Shown piece after piece: positions 47,586 to 59,322 of a stretch of DNA of 64,000 nt. Origin of the DNA: the human T2T-CHM13v2.0 reference genome, Homo sapiens. Numbering within the stretch: the first letter of the stretch is position 1; each line of letters opens with the position of its first letter. The DNA is taken from NCBI RefSeq assembly GCF_009914755.1, contig NC_060928.1; one strand, 5' to 3'. Under the pieces are notes generated by a model. That model worked only from the letters and a program-made list of their open reading frames with translations, was not told the origin of the DNA and made no database searches. Both the position numbers and the translations under genes were made by a program.

Positions 47586-48149
47586 AGTAACTGTCATTAC
47601 CTGCAGTGAATGAGATACAGTTTATCACCAACATTTAGAGCTATTATTGTTTAAAATAATATTAACAAATACATTTAAAACTATATTAACAGGCATTAAT
47701 TAGAAATTAACCATGAGCTAAAATTCATTTTGGCATCCATATGGAAGATTCATTAAAGCATTTAAATATACAGAAGCTTTAGTTAAAGATTAGAAGAAAG
47801 TCTAGAGAAATTGACTTAAATTCTAATGAAAGGAAAGGGTACATATTTTATCAACTAGGGAGATCTGTGGGTAGCATCGACTTCAAAATTTATGTCTATT
47901 TTTATTGAAGATGGGCCTAGCTTATTACAGTACTCTTCTAATCCTCCTATGTACCTTTTTAAAAGAATTTATTTCTCTACTTTTTACACTAGAGGGTGAT
48001 ATGATGACTGAATGCTGAAGGTTGTAAAACATATATATAGAGATTGACAACCGCTGCGGGGAATGAAGTTTATTTTGTGGGATTTGGGGTAAGGCACAGG
48101 AGACGGAAAAAATGAGGTCACAAGGCCGATATCTGCAAAATATCTGAGT

Positions 48150-48320
48150 GTCCCAGGCACTATGCTACTTGTTTTACATAAATTATTTCACTTAATCCTT
48201 ACAAAAACCTTGAGAGGTAGGCATGAGTCTTTATTTTACAGATAAAGTAATAGGTTCACTGAGATTATATACTCATGGTTATACAGTAAGTGGTATAATC
48301 AGAATTCAAACTCAGATGTG
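48150..48320 (-). mobile_element. MIR
   Basis: ccaggcactatgcta...ttaatccttac...attttacagataaag...gaattcaaactcag. Confidence 0.72.
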
Positions 48321-48887
48321 AAAAGTTCTTATCACTCTAATATGTTAGGGGAAAACCCATCTCACCCATTGTCCCCATTTCTCCCATTTCCATTATCCTC
48401 CCCACATGTTTAAAATTGGGCTAAATTAGGCTGAGTCAATGTTTCATTTTTCCTCCTTCACAAAGGTAGGGGACATGGCTATTCATTGGGCCATGTTTAC
48501 TAGTGGATGTTATTCAAGATGACTGCCTTAAATAGCATTTTTTGCTCTCTGGACATGTATATACCAAACAGACTTTGAACTTAAGTTGCTTGTCTTGCAG
48601 GTAGACTAGGCCAGGGACTTTCTGAAGAAGCTATCATTCTCTAGAACTCTACAACAGAGTGTAACTTAGAGCCCTGTTATATTTCCAATGTTAGCCACAT
48701 TATCCTACAAAGCTGCTCAGCAGCTCTGGTCCTAGGAGGTGGTTGGAGAATGGCGGACCAGATACCCTGATTGGTTAATGATCCTATTACCTGATTCCTC
48801 TATTGTTCAGAATTTATAGACAAGAAAGGGTCTTACGCCTCTAAACTCCAATACACTAGATGCTTCTCCACACCTCCCCCCACCCTC

Positions 48888-49143
48888 TATTTATTTATTC
48901 TGAAACAGGGTCTTGCTCTGTGGCCCAGATCACTGCAGCCTCAACCTCCTGGGCCCAAATGATCCTCCAACCTCAGCCCCCAAAGTAGCTGGAACCACAG
49001 GCGCATGCCATCACACTCAGCTAATTTTTGTATTTTTTGTAGAGACAGGGTTTTGCCATGTTGCCCAGGCTGGTCTCAAGCAATCTGCCCACCTCAGCCT
49101 CTCAAAGTGCTGGGATCACAGGTGTGAGCCACCACACCTGGCT
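48888..49143 (-). mobile_element. AluJ element with internal deletions
   Basis: gaaacagggtcttgctctgt...ctaatttttgtattttttgtagagacaggg...gtgagccaccacacctggc. Confidence 0.88.
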
Positions 49144-50864
49144 ATCTTTTATATATATTTATTTTTTGATAAACATTTATTTCTTATTTGAGGCAAATGG
49201 ATAAAAACGATTTAATTACTAGGAAGAATCTAACAATCAAGATGGGAAAAAAATAGACTAATTTGAGGTAAGGAAGTTATGTGAGAAGAGAACAGGTGGA
49301 AGCCACTAAGATAGATATGGAAGCATCAGAAATTAATGCTCAAACACACTTCTCTTCATCAAAAGATCAGGATACCAGATCTGGCCTAATAATCATCTCA
49401 TTTGTTTTTCATGTTAGTAGAAAATTAGTTGATATTCTGCATAAAATATGTCAAAGATTCTTCAATATGAGCTGGGCATATCTTCAGAAAACAACTTTTT
49501 TTAAAAAAATATGATAAGGATGTTGAGAATGAGAGTTAAAACTGAAGAGACAGACATTTGTATCTGGAGAAGCAAGATTTAGAGGAATAGCCAGCACACA
49601 ACCTCTGCTTTAAAAGCATGTTTTATGGATTCAAGAGAGTATGACCTCTATAAAATTTTTTAACAGCGTCATTTGTTCCTGATTACTTTAGCCTTGAGCT
49701 GTAAAATCTTCAATAATGTTTTGTTAAGTGCCACAAAGAAAAGTAGTTAACTGAGCCCTCTGTCCTTTCTATAGGGTAGCTCTGATCACTTCAAATGGGA
49801 CATAGTATCAGAAAATCATCACATGGCAGAGTCTCTGACTATGTTGGAAATCTTGTTCAGTGATGTTTGTCAAATTCAACCATAGGGGGCAGCATAGCAT
49901 GTGGAAAGAGAAAGGGGTTTTTTGCTATTAGGCAAATCAGGATTAAAATCTCTCATCACGTAGTGTAATCTGGGGTGGATCATTCGGCCTCTCTGTAACT
50001 TTTGTTTATGTATCTGTAGTAGGATCTTTCAAACAGTGTGAGCTTAATAAATAGCAATTCTTGACTACCACTTCCCTTGACTTTTAACATTAAGACAACA
50101 TGGAATTTTTAACATATATTGCTTGCCATAAGGCTCCCAAAAGAACAAACCTTTAGTGACAAGGGGGGAAAAACTGTCCTCAGAGTGTTGACAGTTTTCA
50201 GAATGCTTTCAAAGAATAAAGCAATGCAAGGAAGAATTAAAAATCTTTTTTTCTCATTAATATATTTGCTTATGCAGCATATTTAGGGATGATGGGTAAA
50301 ATTCAGTCTAGCTGTCCACAGGGTTTGTTTATGAGAATGCCAAAAAATAAAACTTGAAAGGTATCCTGAGTAAAATTTGTAGAAAGCTAATCCTATGTTA
50401 ACATTTAAAATGGGATTTCATTTCTTATGCCTCTACTCTCAAAAGTCAAAGAAGACTTGAATGAAACTATGGTCTAGGGTAACATCTGTAGAAGTGTCTT
50501 AACTTTATAATGATCAAGAATTTAAAGCTCTTCCAAAATAAAGTACTTCAACTAGTGAGAGCTTCTATTTATTGTATTAAAACATGTATACACGGAGAAT
50601 ACTGACATTTTCTTTTTAGGTGAAGCAGTACTCAGTGACTTTTTTTAATGCTGTTGAAAGTGCTCTGGGAATACTCTGGCAGAAGGGTTTCAGGAATGGA
50701 CAAAAAGGAAAACATTTAGAAAAATTTCAGACTGAAATCTTACTTGTAGAAGGGTATCACTGTCCTGGCAATCAAATAGCTTTGTATTCTTCATGCCATA
50801 CTTACGAAGGCAGATCATCTCATGATCAACAATATATCAAAAACTATACATACACACTTATATA

Positions 50865-50964
50865 ATAAATGCATACACACATCTATACTGTACATGTGTA
50901 TATACATAAATGCATACACACATCTATACTGTACATGTGTATATACATAAATGCATACACACAT
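50865..50964. repeat. Perfect tandem repeat, 41-bp unit x about 2.4
   Basis: Unit aaatgcatacacacatctatactgtacatgtgtatatacat repeated without mismatch. Confidence 0.92.
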
Positions 50965-52335
50965 GTATTCCTTCTATGGTTAGAGCCCAGTCCATTCTTG
51001 TTATATGTACAGGACAATAATTGTTATTCATGATTCAGAATCACTAGAAAAAAACTAACAAATTCAGTATACTTCGTTTTTAAAAAGGTAATCATCATAC
51101 ACAAAATTTTACATCTTGAAGGTAAAGAAAAGATAAAGCACCTGTCAAACTTGTGAACTGGAAGGTTTCCTACAGAATATAAGGATGACTTTTCCTTTTG
51201 GAAAAAGATAATGTTTTGTCTAACTAGCTTTTTTTGCTTTTAATTTAAAGTGTAGCAGAAATCAGCAATAACTCTGCATTGTTCCGCAAGGCTTAGTTTT
51301 GATTGAACCTCTTTCTGAAATAAGTTAGTGCAATTGGACCTTAAGTATTAAACCCCTATTCCTCTAACTGAACCCTCAGGAAAAAAAGAGATGTTAAAAC
51401 TCCCTTTTGATATAGCAACCTTGAAGAAGATGATCAAGACTAGGGGGGCAAAAGGGAGGAATGACACTATAAAAGGTCTGAGCCTTAACAAAGTGGTGCT
51501 ATAGTTGTTAGTGGTAGAGCCATCTGGCTGAGATCCAAAGCTACTGCTTCAACATCTTGAGACAGGGATGGTACAATGGATGAAAAATCACTACTTGATG
51601 TCACGTCCTTCTTAGATCATGCCAGCTAAATAAAATCTGACTTGCAGATAGGCTAGGTAAATTAGGGCCAAACACATTTTAGAAAGTAAGGTTTTACAAG
51701 CAGATGTAAAACATGATTTAGCATTTCAATTATTATTAATCCAAGTGTGTAAGATACTTCATTCCAAGTCAAGTTAGGTTAAACGATACGATGTTAAATC
51801 AGTTTGTATATTGTTTATGGCCTAAAATCACTGTAAAATGTAAGAAATAAGCAAGTAGGAGTAAGAGGATGAACTACCACAGACATTATGTTAATGTCTA
51901 TAAAACAAGTATATTCAAGTTAAAATGTTCCTTTCCAAAACATAGTTTAACTTGTAAGTCTACTCTACATGAATATTCATTATTTCTAATTCTCAAATGA
52001 TAAATAACTAGAACTAATTTGAGGCAACTTCTGAGTAATTTATGCCTTAGAGTGACACTTGTGAATAGCCCACTCTAGCAGCTGCATTTTGTAAATAAAA
52101 AGTTTCTTCATTACTTGATTTACACAAATCATGTTTCACCCGAAACCTCTACACCCCACACAAGCTACTAATCCCTGCCCGGGACGCAAGGTTTAGACGA
52201 AAATTTGATGTTAATAATTTTTCATAGTAATAGGCTCAATTACTTTCCCTCCATTTGTACTCAGATTGTCCCATTATCAGTATTTCTACTTGTAATACTT
52301 TCCATTACCTTCTGTAAGACAAAAAACTAGTTCAT

Positions 52336-52341
52336 TTTATT
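52336..52341 (-). terminator. Intronic polyadenylation signal AATAAA downstream of the alpha exon
   Basis: tttatt on + strand, about 85 nt past the read-through stop codon at 52426-52428. Confidence 0.6.
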
Positions 52342-52455
52342 ATTACACATCTTAAGATTAATTTTTAGTAATACAAAGACTGTGAGGAAAGTTTCATTAC
52401 AATTAAAATAGATATGTAAAGTTTCTCAGGTTAACAATATATTGAATATACTCAC

Positions 52456-52956
52456 TTTTGTTGTTTTTGTATAGAATGGGGAGGAGAGTTGGTGAACGGG
52501 CAGGTCCACAATACTACTGGAGTTCGTGACACTGTTAGTATGTGTATGTTCATCTTCTCTGCTACTATCATCAGACTGATCAAAATCGTCACTCTCCTGG
52601 TCCATCTCCTCCTCCTCCTCATCCTCCTCATCTTGTTCACCAGCATGTTCTTCATCTTCCTCTTGTTCTTCTTGGTTTCCTGAGGAGTCCTCATCTACCG
52701 AAATAAATCTATTATTGTTTTCTTCCAACTGTCCTTGCTGGGAATCATTTTGGCCTCCAGGTCTAGGTTCTACTCCAACAACTTCACCATTCCTTGCAGT
52801 GTGCTCCTCCTCTTGTTGTCTGAGTTGCTGTTGCTGTTCCTCCTCTACCACACGATTCATCTGTTCTTCATCTACCTGGCTTGAGGAAGGGTTACCTCTC
52901 AGAGAGCCTCCAGTTCGTCGTCTTTTGCTGCCCACAGAGAGCAGTTCCTGATTCAT
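52456..52956 (-). CDS. FBXW7: FBXW7 alpha isoform-specific coding exon (aa 1-167), within 570-nt exon 52456-53025
   Basis: Translation MNQELLSVGSKRRRTGGSLRGNPSSSQVDEEQ...HQLSSPFYTKTTK is the recognised FBXW7-alpha N-terminus (KRRR NLS, acidic tract). ATG at 52956; phase-0 donor AAA|GTGAGT at 52455; acceptor pyrimidine tract + CAG at 53028-53026. Confidence 0.98.
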
Positions 52957-53589
52957 TTCCAAAAGCCAGCTTGCTACTTCTTGGACCTTGGCTAGACTAT
53001 CAGAAGATGCAAAGGTTTTCACATTCTGCAGGGGAAAATAGGGTAAAAAACAAGATTTGTACAATCTATATTATGTTCTACTTTCATGTTATATGTCTAC
53101 TTTCTAAATATCATTAATGATTGCAAAAAAGTATTGATGCCACCAAGGCATTAAAATGTTCTTTAGTAAACAATATAGAACATTTCAATTTTAAAAGTTA
53201 TAAGACTTTATAAAGACATGCACAAAAACCATAGTAAACAACACTAATCCCTTTTAATAATTTTTAGCATGAAGATTTATAGTTTAATTCCTTTGACCAA
53301 TAAAACATAATATTTCAAGCAAATAAAACAATTTTAATTTTACATCAGTAGTTCATAGACTATATCCTATATAAAACTTCCACAAAATTTTAAGAAGTGT
53401 ATCAAAAAAAATTTTCAGTGTTCAGTTAATTTGGGAAATGCTGAGGTAAATCAGATTAAAAGGCTTTTTACCCTGGGTATTTCCCAAACTTTTCTGATCA
53501 CAGAATCTTGCCTTCAGACACAGTTTTCTAGCAGGTAACAATTATAATCATTATTATTTTAATTTTTTTACAAATGACTGGACAGAAAA

Positions 53590-54075
53590 TGAACAAAAAA
53601 TTTATTTAAAAAAAAAGTTCATAAGTTCATACCCTCTGACCCAGTAACTCCACTTCTGGCAATCTATCCTAAGGAAGTAATCCTAAAACAGAAAAAAAAA
53701 ATTTATACAGAGGATGCTCACTGCAGTTTATCCACGAAAGCAAAAAATAAAGATAAAAATAAATGTAAATAAAAATGTAAATAAAAATCCAAATGTTCAA
53801 TATAAAGGAATCTATGAGATGGGATATATATGGTGTAATCCCTAAACATGACGTTCATAAAATATTTTTAAAAACATGGATGTTATAATATATTATGCTA
53901 AGGGGAAAATGCTGGAAATTGTGATTATAGTATGATTTTTAAACTGTATGAAGACTAGAAGACAACATTTCAAAATAAACTGCATCTTAGGCAGTGGTAT
54001 TACTGATGCTTTAAACTTACTTCTTTTTATCATATTTCTCAATTTTTATATATCAAGCATGTTTGCCTTTATGTT
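53590..54075 (+). mobile_element. Ancient L1ME-like fragment hosting the 50-nt FBXW7 exon in antisense
   Basis: + strand 53638-53676 translates DPVTPLLAIYPKE vs L1 ORF2p [13 protein letters not shown]; downstream sequence resembles L1ME 3' UTR. Confidence 0.72.
53633..53682 (-). other. FBXW7: FBXW7 50-nt non-coding 5'-UTR exon upstream of the alpha coding exon
   Basis: Acceptor TTTTTTTTTCTGTTTTAG ending at 53683; donor AGG|GTATGA at 53632; 50+570=620 nt matches the known circFBXW7 size. Confidence 0.88.
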
Positions 54076-55096
54076 TTTTAACCTAGGCTCTAGAATTTTA
54101 TCTGATACAGCATCTTTTCATGATATTCATTCTTACATTTTATCCTTTGCTGGTATCTATATGGACATCTTTGAAGTCAGATAAAATGCCAACATGTTGT
54201 GCACACACAAGAAATTATGCACCCGTGATCTAAAACTTGAAACTGCTAACAAATGAAGTATTGTCAATTCTAGTCTTTTTCAGAGAAAACCTTTAGTATG
54301 ATTTACAACAGTGTATCATAAAACACAAACATCAACAAACAGAAGCCCATATCCTAAAATTTGAGGAAGGTCTTTTATTTCTTCCTACCATAATACAAAA
54401 TGTCAAGATATATCAAATATTAATATAGAACTTATTATTTTATCGGTAACTGATGTGACTGAACTTGAGTTCAGTAAAATAAAATCTGATGGCTAACAAA
54501 CAACATTAAGTTGCATGGTTTTCTTGGCAACTGGACATGATGGGAATAGAAATGATTCAAGGTCAGGAAGAATACTAATAAAAGAAATAGAATTTTAAAT
54601 TGAAAATGTTCCTCACTTTGCAGGCAAGGTAATCAAGGCTCAAAATGATTTAGTAAATTTCTCAAGATTACTAGTTTCAAGTAAAGCAGGGACAAGAATT
54701 TAACACCCAACTGAGTCTCCTTTCATGCACCTTAAAGTAACTACATAAAATCCTGAAAGAATATTATTCTCTAACACTGATACTGCCTTCTTTTCCAAAA
54801 CTCGAATCACTACAATACTCAAAGATTATTACTCTAAAACAAATTATTTGCTGAGCATTCAATATGCTTCCTGTACATGTCAATTTTCTGGAGGATAATG
54901 TTTAGAATAATGTCTCTTTCAAGTTAACCAATGACATTTCATCTTTTTTGACCAGAACCCACAGTAAAATTATGTTTAACATCACAACTCTGCATGCATG
55001 CATTTAAACATATTAAAACAGTGATTTCAGAGAAAGGGAATTATGAAACATTTCTGGTATCTAAAGTCCCTATAAATCACCACCGTTAATCAAATA

Positions 55097-55660
55097 CAGT
55101 TGATTCCCATTCACAGTAATTGTGTTCTATAAAATTGCTGCAACCACTGAATTAACAAATACTGAGCCATTGCTCCTAGGGGAAATACAGTTCTCACAAG
55201 CCTCTGGTCACAACACTGTTGCCAACTGATCAATGCATAACCTTTTTTATGCGTGTTTCTGCCTAAATATATCTTTAATATACATTGATTCATTAGCATC
55301 GAACTCATGGTCAACAGCATTATAACTAATGCCTGAATTAAGTTTCTTTAACACACATTAGTTTATCTTTAAGGCAAATTACAGCCTTCCTGCACTTCGG
55401 AACATTAAACAGAACTTCAGGCTATGTTTGGGGGCCATTCTAAACTGCACAATCACTAACAAAAAGCACCAAAATGAGGAAAATGCTTTTTCCTCATGGA
55501 CCATGAAAATGACACTTGTTCATGGTATGAGAGCTGCAACAAGAAGGCAGAGCATCACCCTGCAGATCTCAACTGGAAATAAGTTTGTCAGGTGGCTCAA
55601 ACTTTGTGATACTCTGCACAGTATATGTCCACAAATGACTATAAAAGTATCATTCGTGGC
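55097..55660. mobile_element. MER82-like (TcMar-Tigger) element
   Basis: tacagttgattcccatt...ttctataaa...cactgaatta..aatactgagccattgctcctaggggaaatacag...gcctctggtcacaaca. Confidence 0.72.
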
Positions 55661-56749
55661 TGTGAAAGTGACTGTGTTGTTACAGTTCTGCTAACCTAAC
55701 AAAGGATAAATGATCAGAGAAATTAAAAGCTCCATTATAGATATTAATCAATAAATGTTTCAAATAAATTGAAAGTTCAGATAGCTCAGATAAAATAAAG
55801 TTGGACTTTGCATAAAATAATGGCTGGAGAAAAGAACATTACTTTTCCTTTTTTAAGTGTGGGGAACAACATTCTTCTGGCAGTGTCTTTCAAGGTAGTG
55901 GAAAGTCCAGAGAGGTCCTGACCTATGGGTACTTTAAAAAGATGCCTACAGTCAGCTCCATTCTGGATGAAAAAGAGGTATAATAATTTTGCTCTTCAAA
56001 AAAATTTAAAATAGGTTACTTAGAGAAAGCACAGCTACTCCATGACTTTCCCCAAGTCCTAGAAAATACAGGGTAACTTTTAGTGACTATCCTTTGTTGA
56101 TTTAGTGGCATTTCAGGCCTACCTTGGGGGAGGGGGGTGTATTTTAGACAACTTTCTCATGAACTTTTTAAACATTTTCTCAATAACCTTGTTTTTCAAA
56201 AAGACCTTTGATAATTCAAAACCATTTGAAATGCTTATTCTAGGAATGCTTAGAGGAATAAAAGTGGGCATAGATACAGTTGTTAAATAAGTGGAGCTCT
56301 GAGAGCCTGTCTTATATTGAACTAGAGTTGCCAGCTTCAAAGAAAAATTCCAAGGCAAATACTAACTTTGAAATCATAGTAGACACTGAGGAATACAGTT
56401 TATACCAATAAAACAAGAAGTAGTTTAAGTAAATTACTAAAGCCTCTGAATCACTAGGCAACATTAACATTTTCAGAATTTACATGGGCAGGTATAATCC
56501 ATTAGGCTTGAGCTACAAAGTGATTTAAGAAGCTTTAGGACAAAGATAACAAGAAAGTAAACCAACTGTACTGATCATCAGGAAGAATAACTCAAAGCTT
56601 GGAATCACTTTCTGCAAGAAGTTTAGGATTTTCACTGAATTCTTAAAAGAGCCAACACCCTCCACTTCATATATGAACTTTCTATACCCCAAATTAATAA
56701 TTTATTAATTACTATGATTAGGAGTAAGTACCTGAAATGCATGATGAAA

Positions 56750-57345
56750 TAAGTTTTATCTTATTACTCCACTGCTCAACACCCACTAAGAGCTTCCCAT
56801 TTCACTCAGAGTAAAAGCCAATGTCTTTTATGGTTGCCTGTTGGGTCCTTCTATCATCTACATACATCCCCACCACTGTGAACTCATATTTTACTACTCT
56901 CTCACTTTGTTCCACCCTTTCTGTCACCGTTCTTTCTTGAGGGGTAAAGTGTGCTGCAACCTCAGAGTCTTTGTGCTAGCTATTCCTCTTTTTATTTCTT
57001 TTACTTCCTTCATAGAGGACTCTGTTCAAATGTCCCCTATTCAATGATACTTTCCCTAACCATCCAACTTAAAATAATACCCCCCAGCATCACCTTCTCT
57101 TTTCCTTTGTCCTGACTTTACTCATTTCCACAGCACTATATAAAAGCAAAAATAGTACCTGCTATATAGCAAATACCTACCTATCCATCTATCCATCCAT
57201 CAATTTATTTCTGTACTATCTGCCTTCCCACACTAGAATTTAAGTTCTATAAGGAAAAGGGACTTTTGTTTTTCATCACTATTATCTCCAGCACCCACAA
57301 AAATGCCTGACTCATAAGGCACTCAAAACATTTACTGAGTAAATA
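56750..57345 (+). mobile_element. L2 3' fragment
   Basis: cttcccatttcactcagagtaaaagcc...ctagaatttaagttc...tatctccagcac...aggcactcaaaacatttactgagt. Confidence 0.72.
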
Positions 57346-58629
57346 ATTATCAGATCTTTTTAAAGACAATCATGTACTAAGCATGCTCTTCACCAAAAAA
57401 GAACTTCGAGCCAGGTCACAAACACAACGTCAATTACTTTAAATACATTTTTTAAAGTTGTACTCTGTATTGAACAAGTCACTTGTAGTACTTTTGAAAC
57501 TGGTAGGACATATATCCTAATATCTTAACACACATTTGTAAATTGTCTACTAAGTCATAATAAATCATTTTTCCCTCTGTATCAAATTTCTTGTTATTTT
57601 CAGCACAGGATGTAAAAAAACAACTGTGACTAAAAAGATTAATACTTCGAAAACAATTATTTTTTGAGTATTTCTGGTTCCATATATTCTATACTGCAGC
57701 TGAGAAATCACATTTGTAACTTTAAAGATGAAAATCTTTCAGGGACTGCAAAATTTGATGAAAAGCTCCTTAGTAATGTACACTAACAAAATCAGCACAA
57801 AATGGGCAATACTGGCAAGTGTCATCATATACACAGAAAGTAATTGATAAAGTTTTATGGATGTACACTGAATAATTTAAATAGACTTCACTAGTCAATC
57901 ATATATATCTTTACTGGAAAGGATGCAAAAGACTATTCCTCAGTCCACATGACAATATATATTTTTTGTTATTTGAATTATAATACATATTTTGTTTTGG
58001 CTAAATTTAATCCCTGTGTGATACGCCACCACCTGTGTGATATGGGCTTACTCCATAATAACTAAATTTTAAACTGGTTGTTAAATCTCAAAGACTCTTT
58101 TGCCATTTTTGTATCTTTATATTCTGTTGGTCACTAGCTCTCTTTACAACTCTCTCCTGTCCCTTAATTTTCCTTGGTACATTCCTCAGTGCATCCCTCA
58201 GGCAGCACTGTTACTGTGCTCCATCGCTAGCTCCTCCCTCCTTTGTTGTTTCGTTGAAAGTCAGGGTTCCAACTATCACACAGAAGCTAATGACTCCCCA
58301 TACTATTATCTCCAGTCAGACTCCTCTACTGAGCCTATTAATTTCAAGAAGGTGTCCCAAAGTCACACCAAATTCATTATTTTAACATCCAAACTTCTAT
58401 TTCCCCACAACATGCACACATACGTAAGGCCCAAATTTGTTCTTAGAGCCTCCTATTATTTTCTCTATTTCAGTGAATGGAATCATATTCTAGCTAGTTG
58501 CAGATGTAAGAAACCCAGATGGCTCTTCTTCCTTCTTTTCCTCAAAAATTTAGTCAAAAAGCTATTAGATGGAGCCAAGCAAGTTAGGTATGTATGTGGC
58601 AGGCAGGTAGTCCAAAATTTGGGAGTCAA

Positions 58630-59148
58630 AGCAGAATGAAAAGAGCCTTTCTGTAGTGAGGGATGGCGGCGGGGAGGAACAGAGGCAGACCAACAAGGGG
58701 GCAAGGTGGCAAAGCTTGACTCTAAGAAGCATGAGGAATAATCCATATAGTAAAGAAGCCCCCGTAGGTCAAAGGCAGAACACAGTGACAACATCCCTGT
58801 GGGTGCGTAACACAGTAAAGAGTGTCCACATGAGGGAAAGATGTCAAAGGCTGAAGAGGAGGGTGCAGTGGCCACAGTGGTACCCTACTCAGATATCCCC
58901 TCAACCTAACCTGCTATGAGGAACAGAACTGCTTGACAGCCTCCATCTATCGCACCTTGGAATCCATGGCAACCACCCCTGGCCTTGCTGCCTCTGGGCT
59001 TCTCCCAGCAAGCTACCAAGCAGGGCAGAAGTACTAGAATGGGGATTGCTCCAAAGGACAATAGGAGGGTAGTAGGGTGGGGTGGGAGATTCCCTGCGCA
59101 TCAAATCTTGTCTTGACATCTGTGTCTCAGAAGACCCAAACTAACACA
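58630..59148. mobile_element. Probable ERVL-type solo LTR fragment
   Basis: Locally GC-richer block ending tctcagaagacccaaactaacaca, a typical ERVL LTR terminus; subfamily unclear. Confidence 0.5.
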
Positions 59149-59279
59149 AAAAACATCTGTGTTAAGAGTACTGATATCAAAAGCTCTTGGGGCAAAATGT
59201 TTTAACATCTGAAAGATGTTATAAAATGGTTAACTTCATTAAACAAAGGTCATTTCACTCATTTAAAGAACAGCTCTTA

Positions 59280-59280
<1 letters not shown>

Positions 59281-59318
<38 letters not shown>
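59281..59318. repeat. (CA)19 microsatellite
   Basis: Direct observation. Confidence 0.97.

Positions 59319-59322
<4 letters not shown>

Larger units (their letters stand above)
52456..53682 (-). ncRNA. FBXW7: circFBXW7 locus (two-exon, 620-nt circular RNA encoding FBXW7-185aa)
   Basis: Joining donor 52456 to acceptor 53682 extends the 167-aa frame by DYFLRIDCQKWSYWVRGM-stop = 185 aa, as described for this circRNA. Confidence 0.85.

Noticed and set aside
52957-53064. 212-aa ORF starting MYKSCF as the true alpha start
   Set aside because: The called start is a TTG in the intron upstream of the acceptor at 53026; the true ATG is at 52956.
52489-53117. Plus-strand ORFs antisense to the alpha exon
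   Set aside because: Shadows of low-complexity coding sequence; no independent gene signals.
58100-59119. Cluster of 60-179 aa ORFs
   Set aside because: Overlap degraded L2-like and LTR-like sequence, several non-ATG starts, no recognisable domain.
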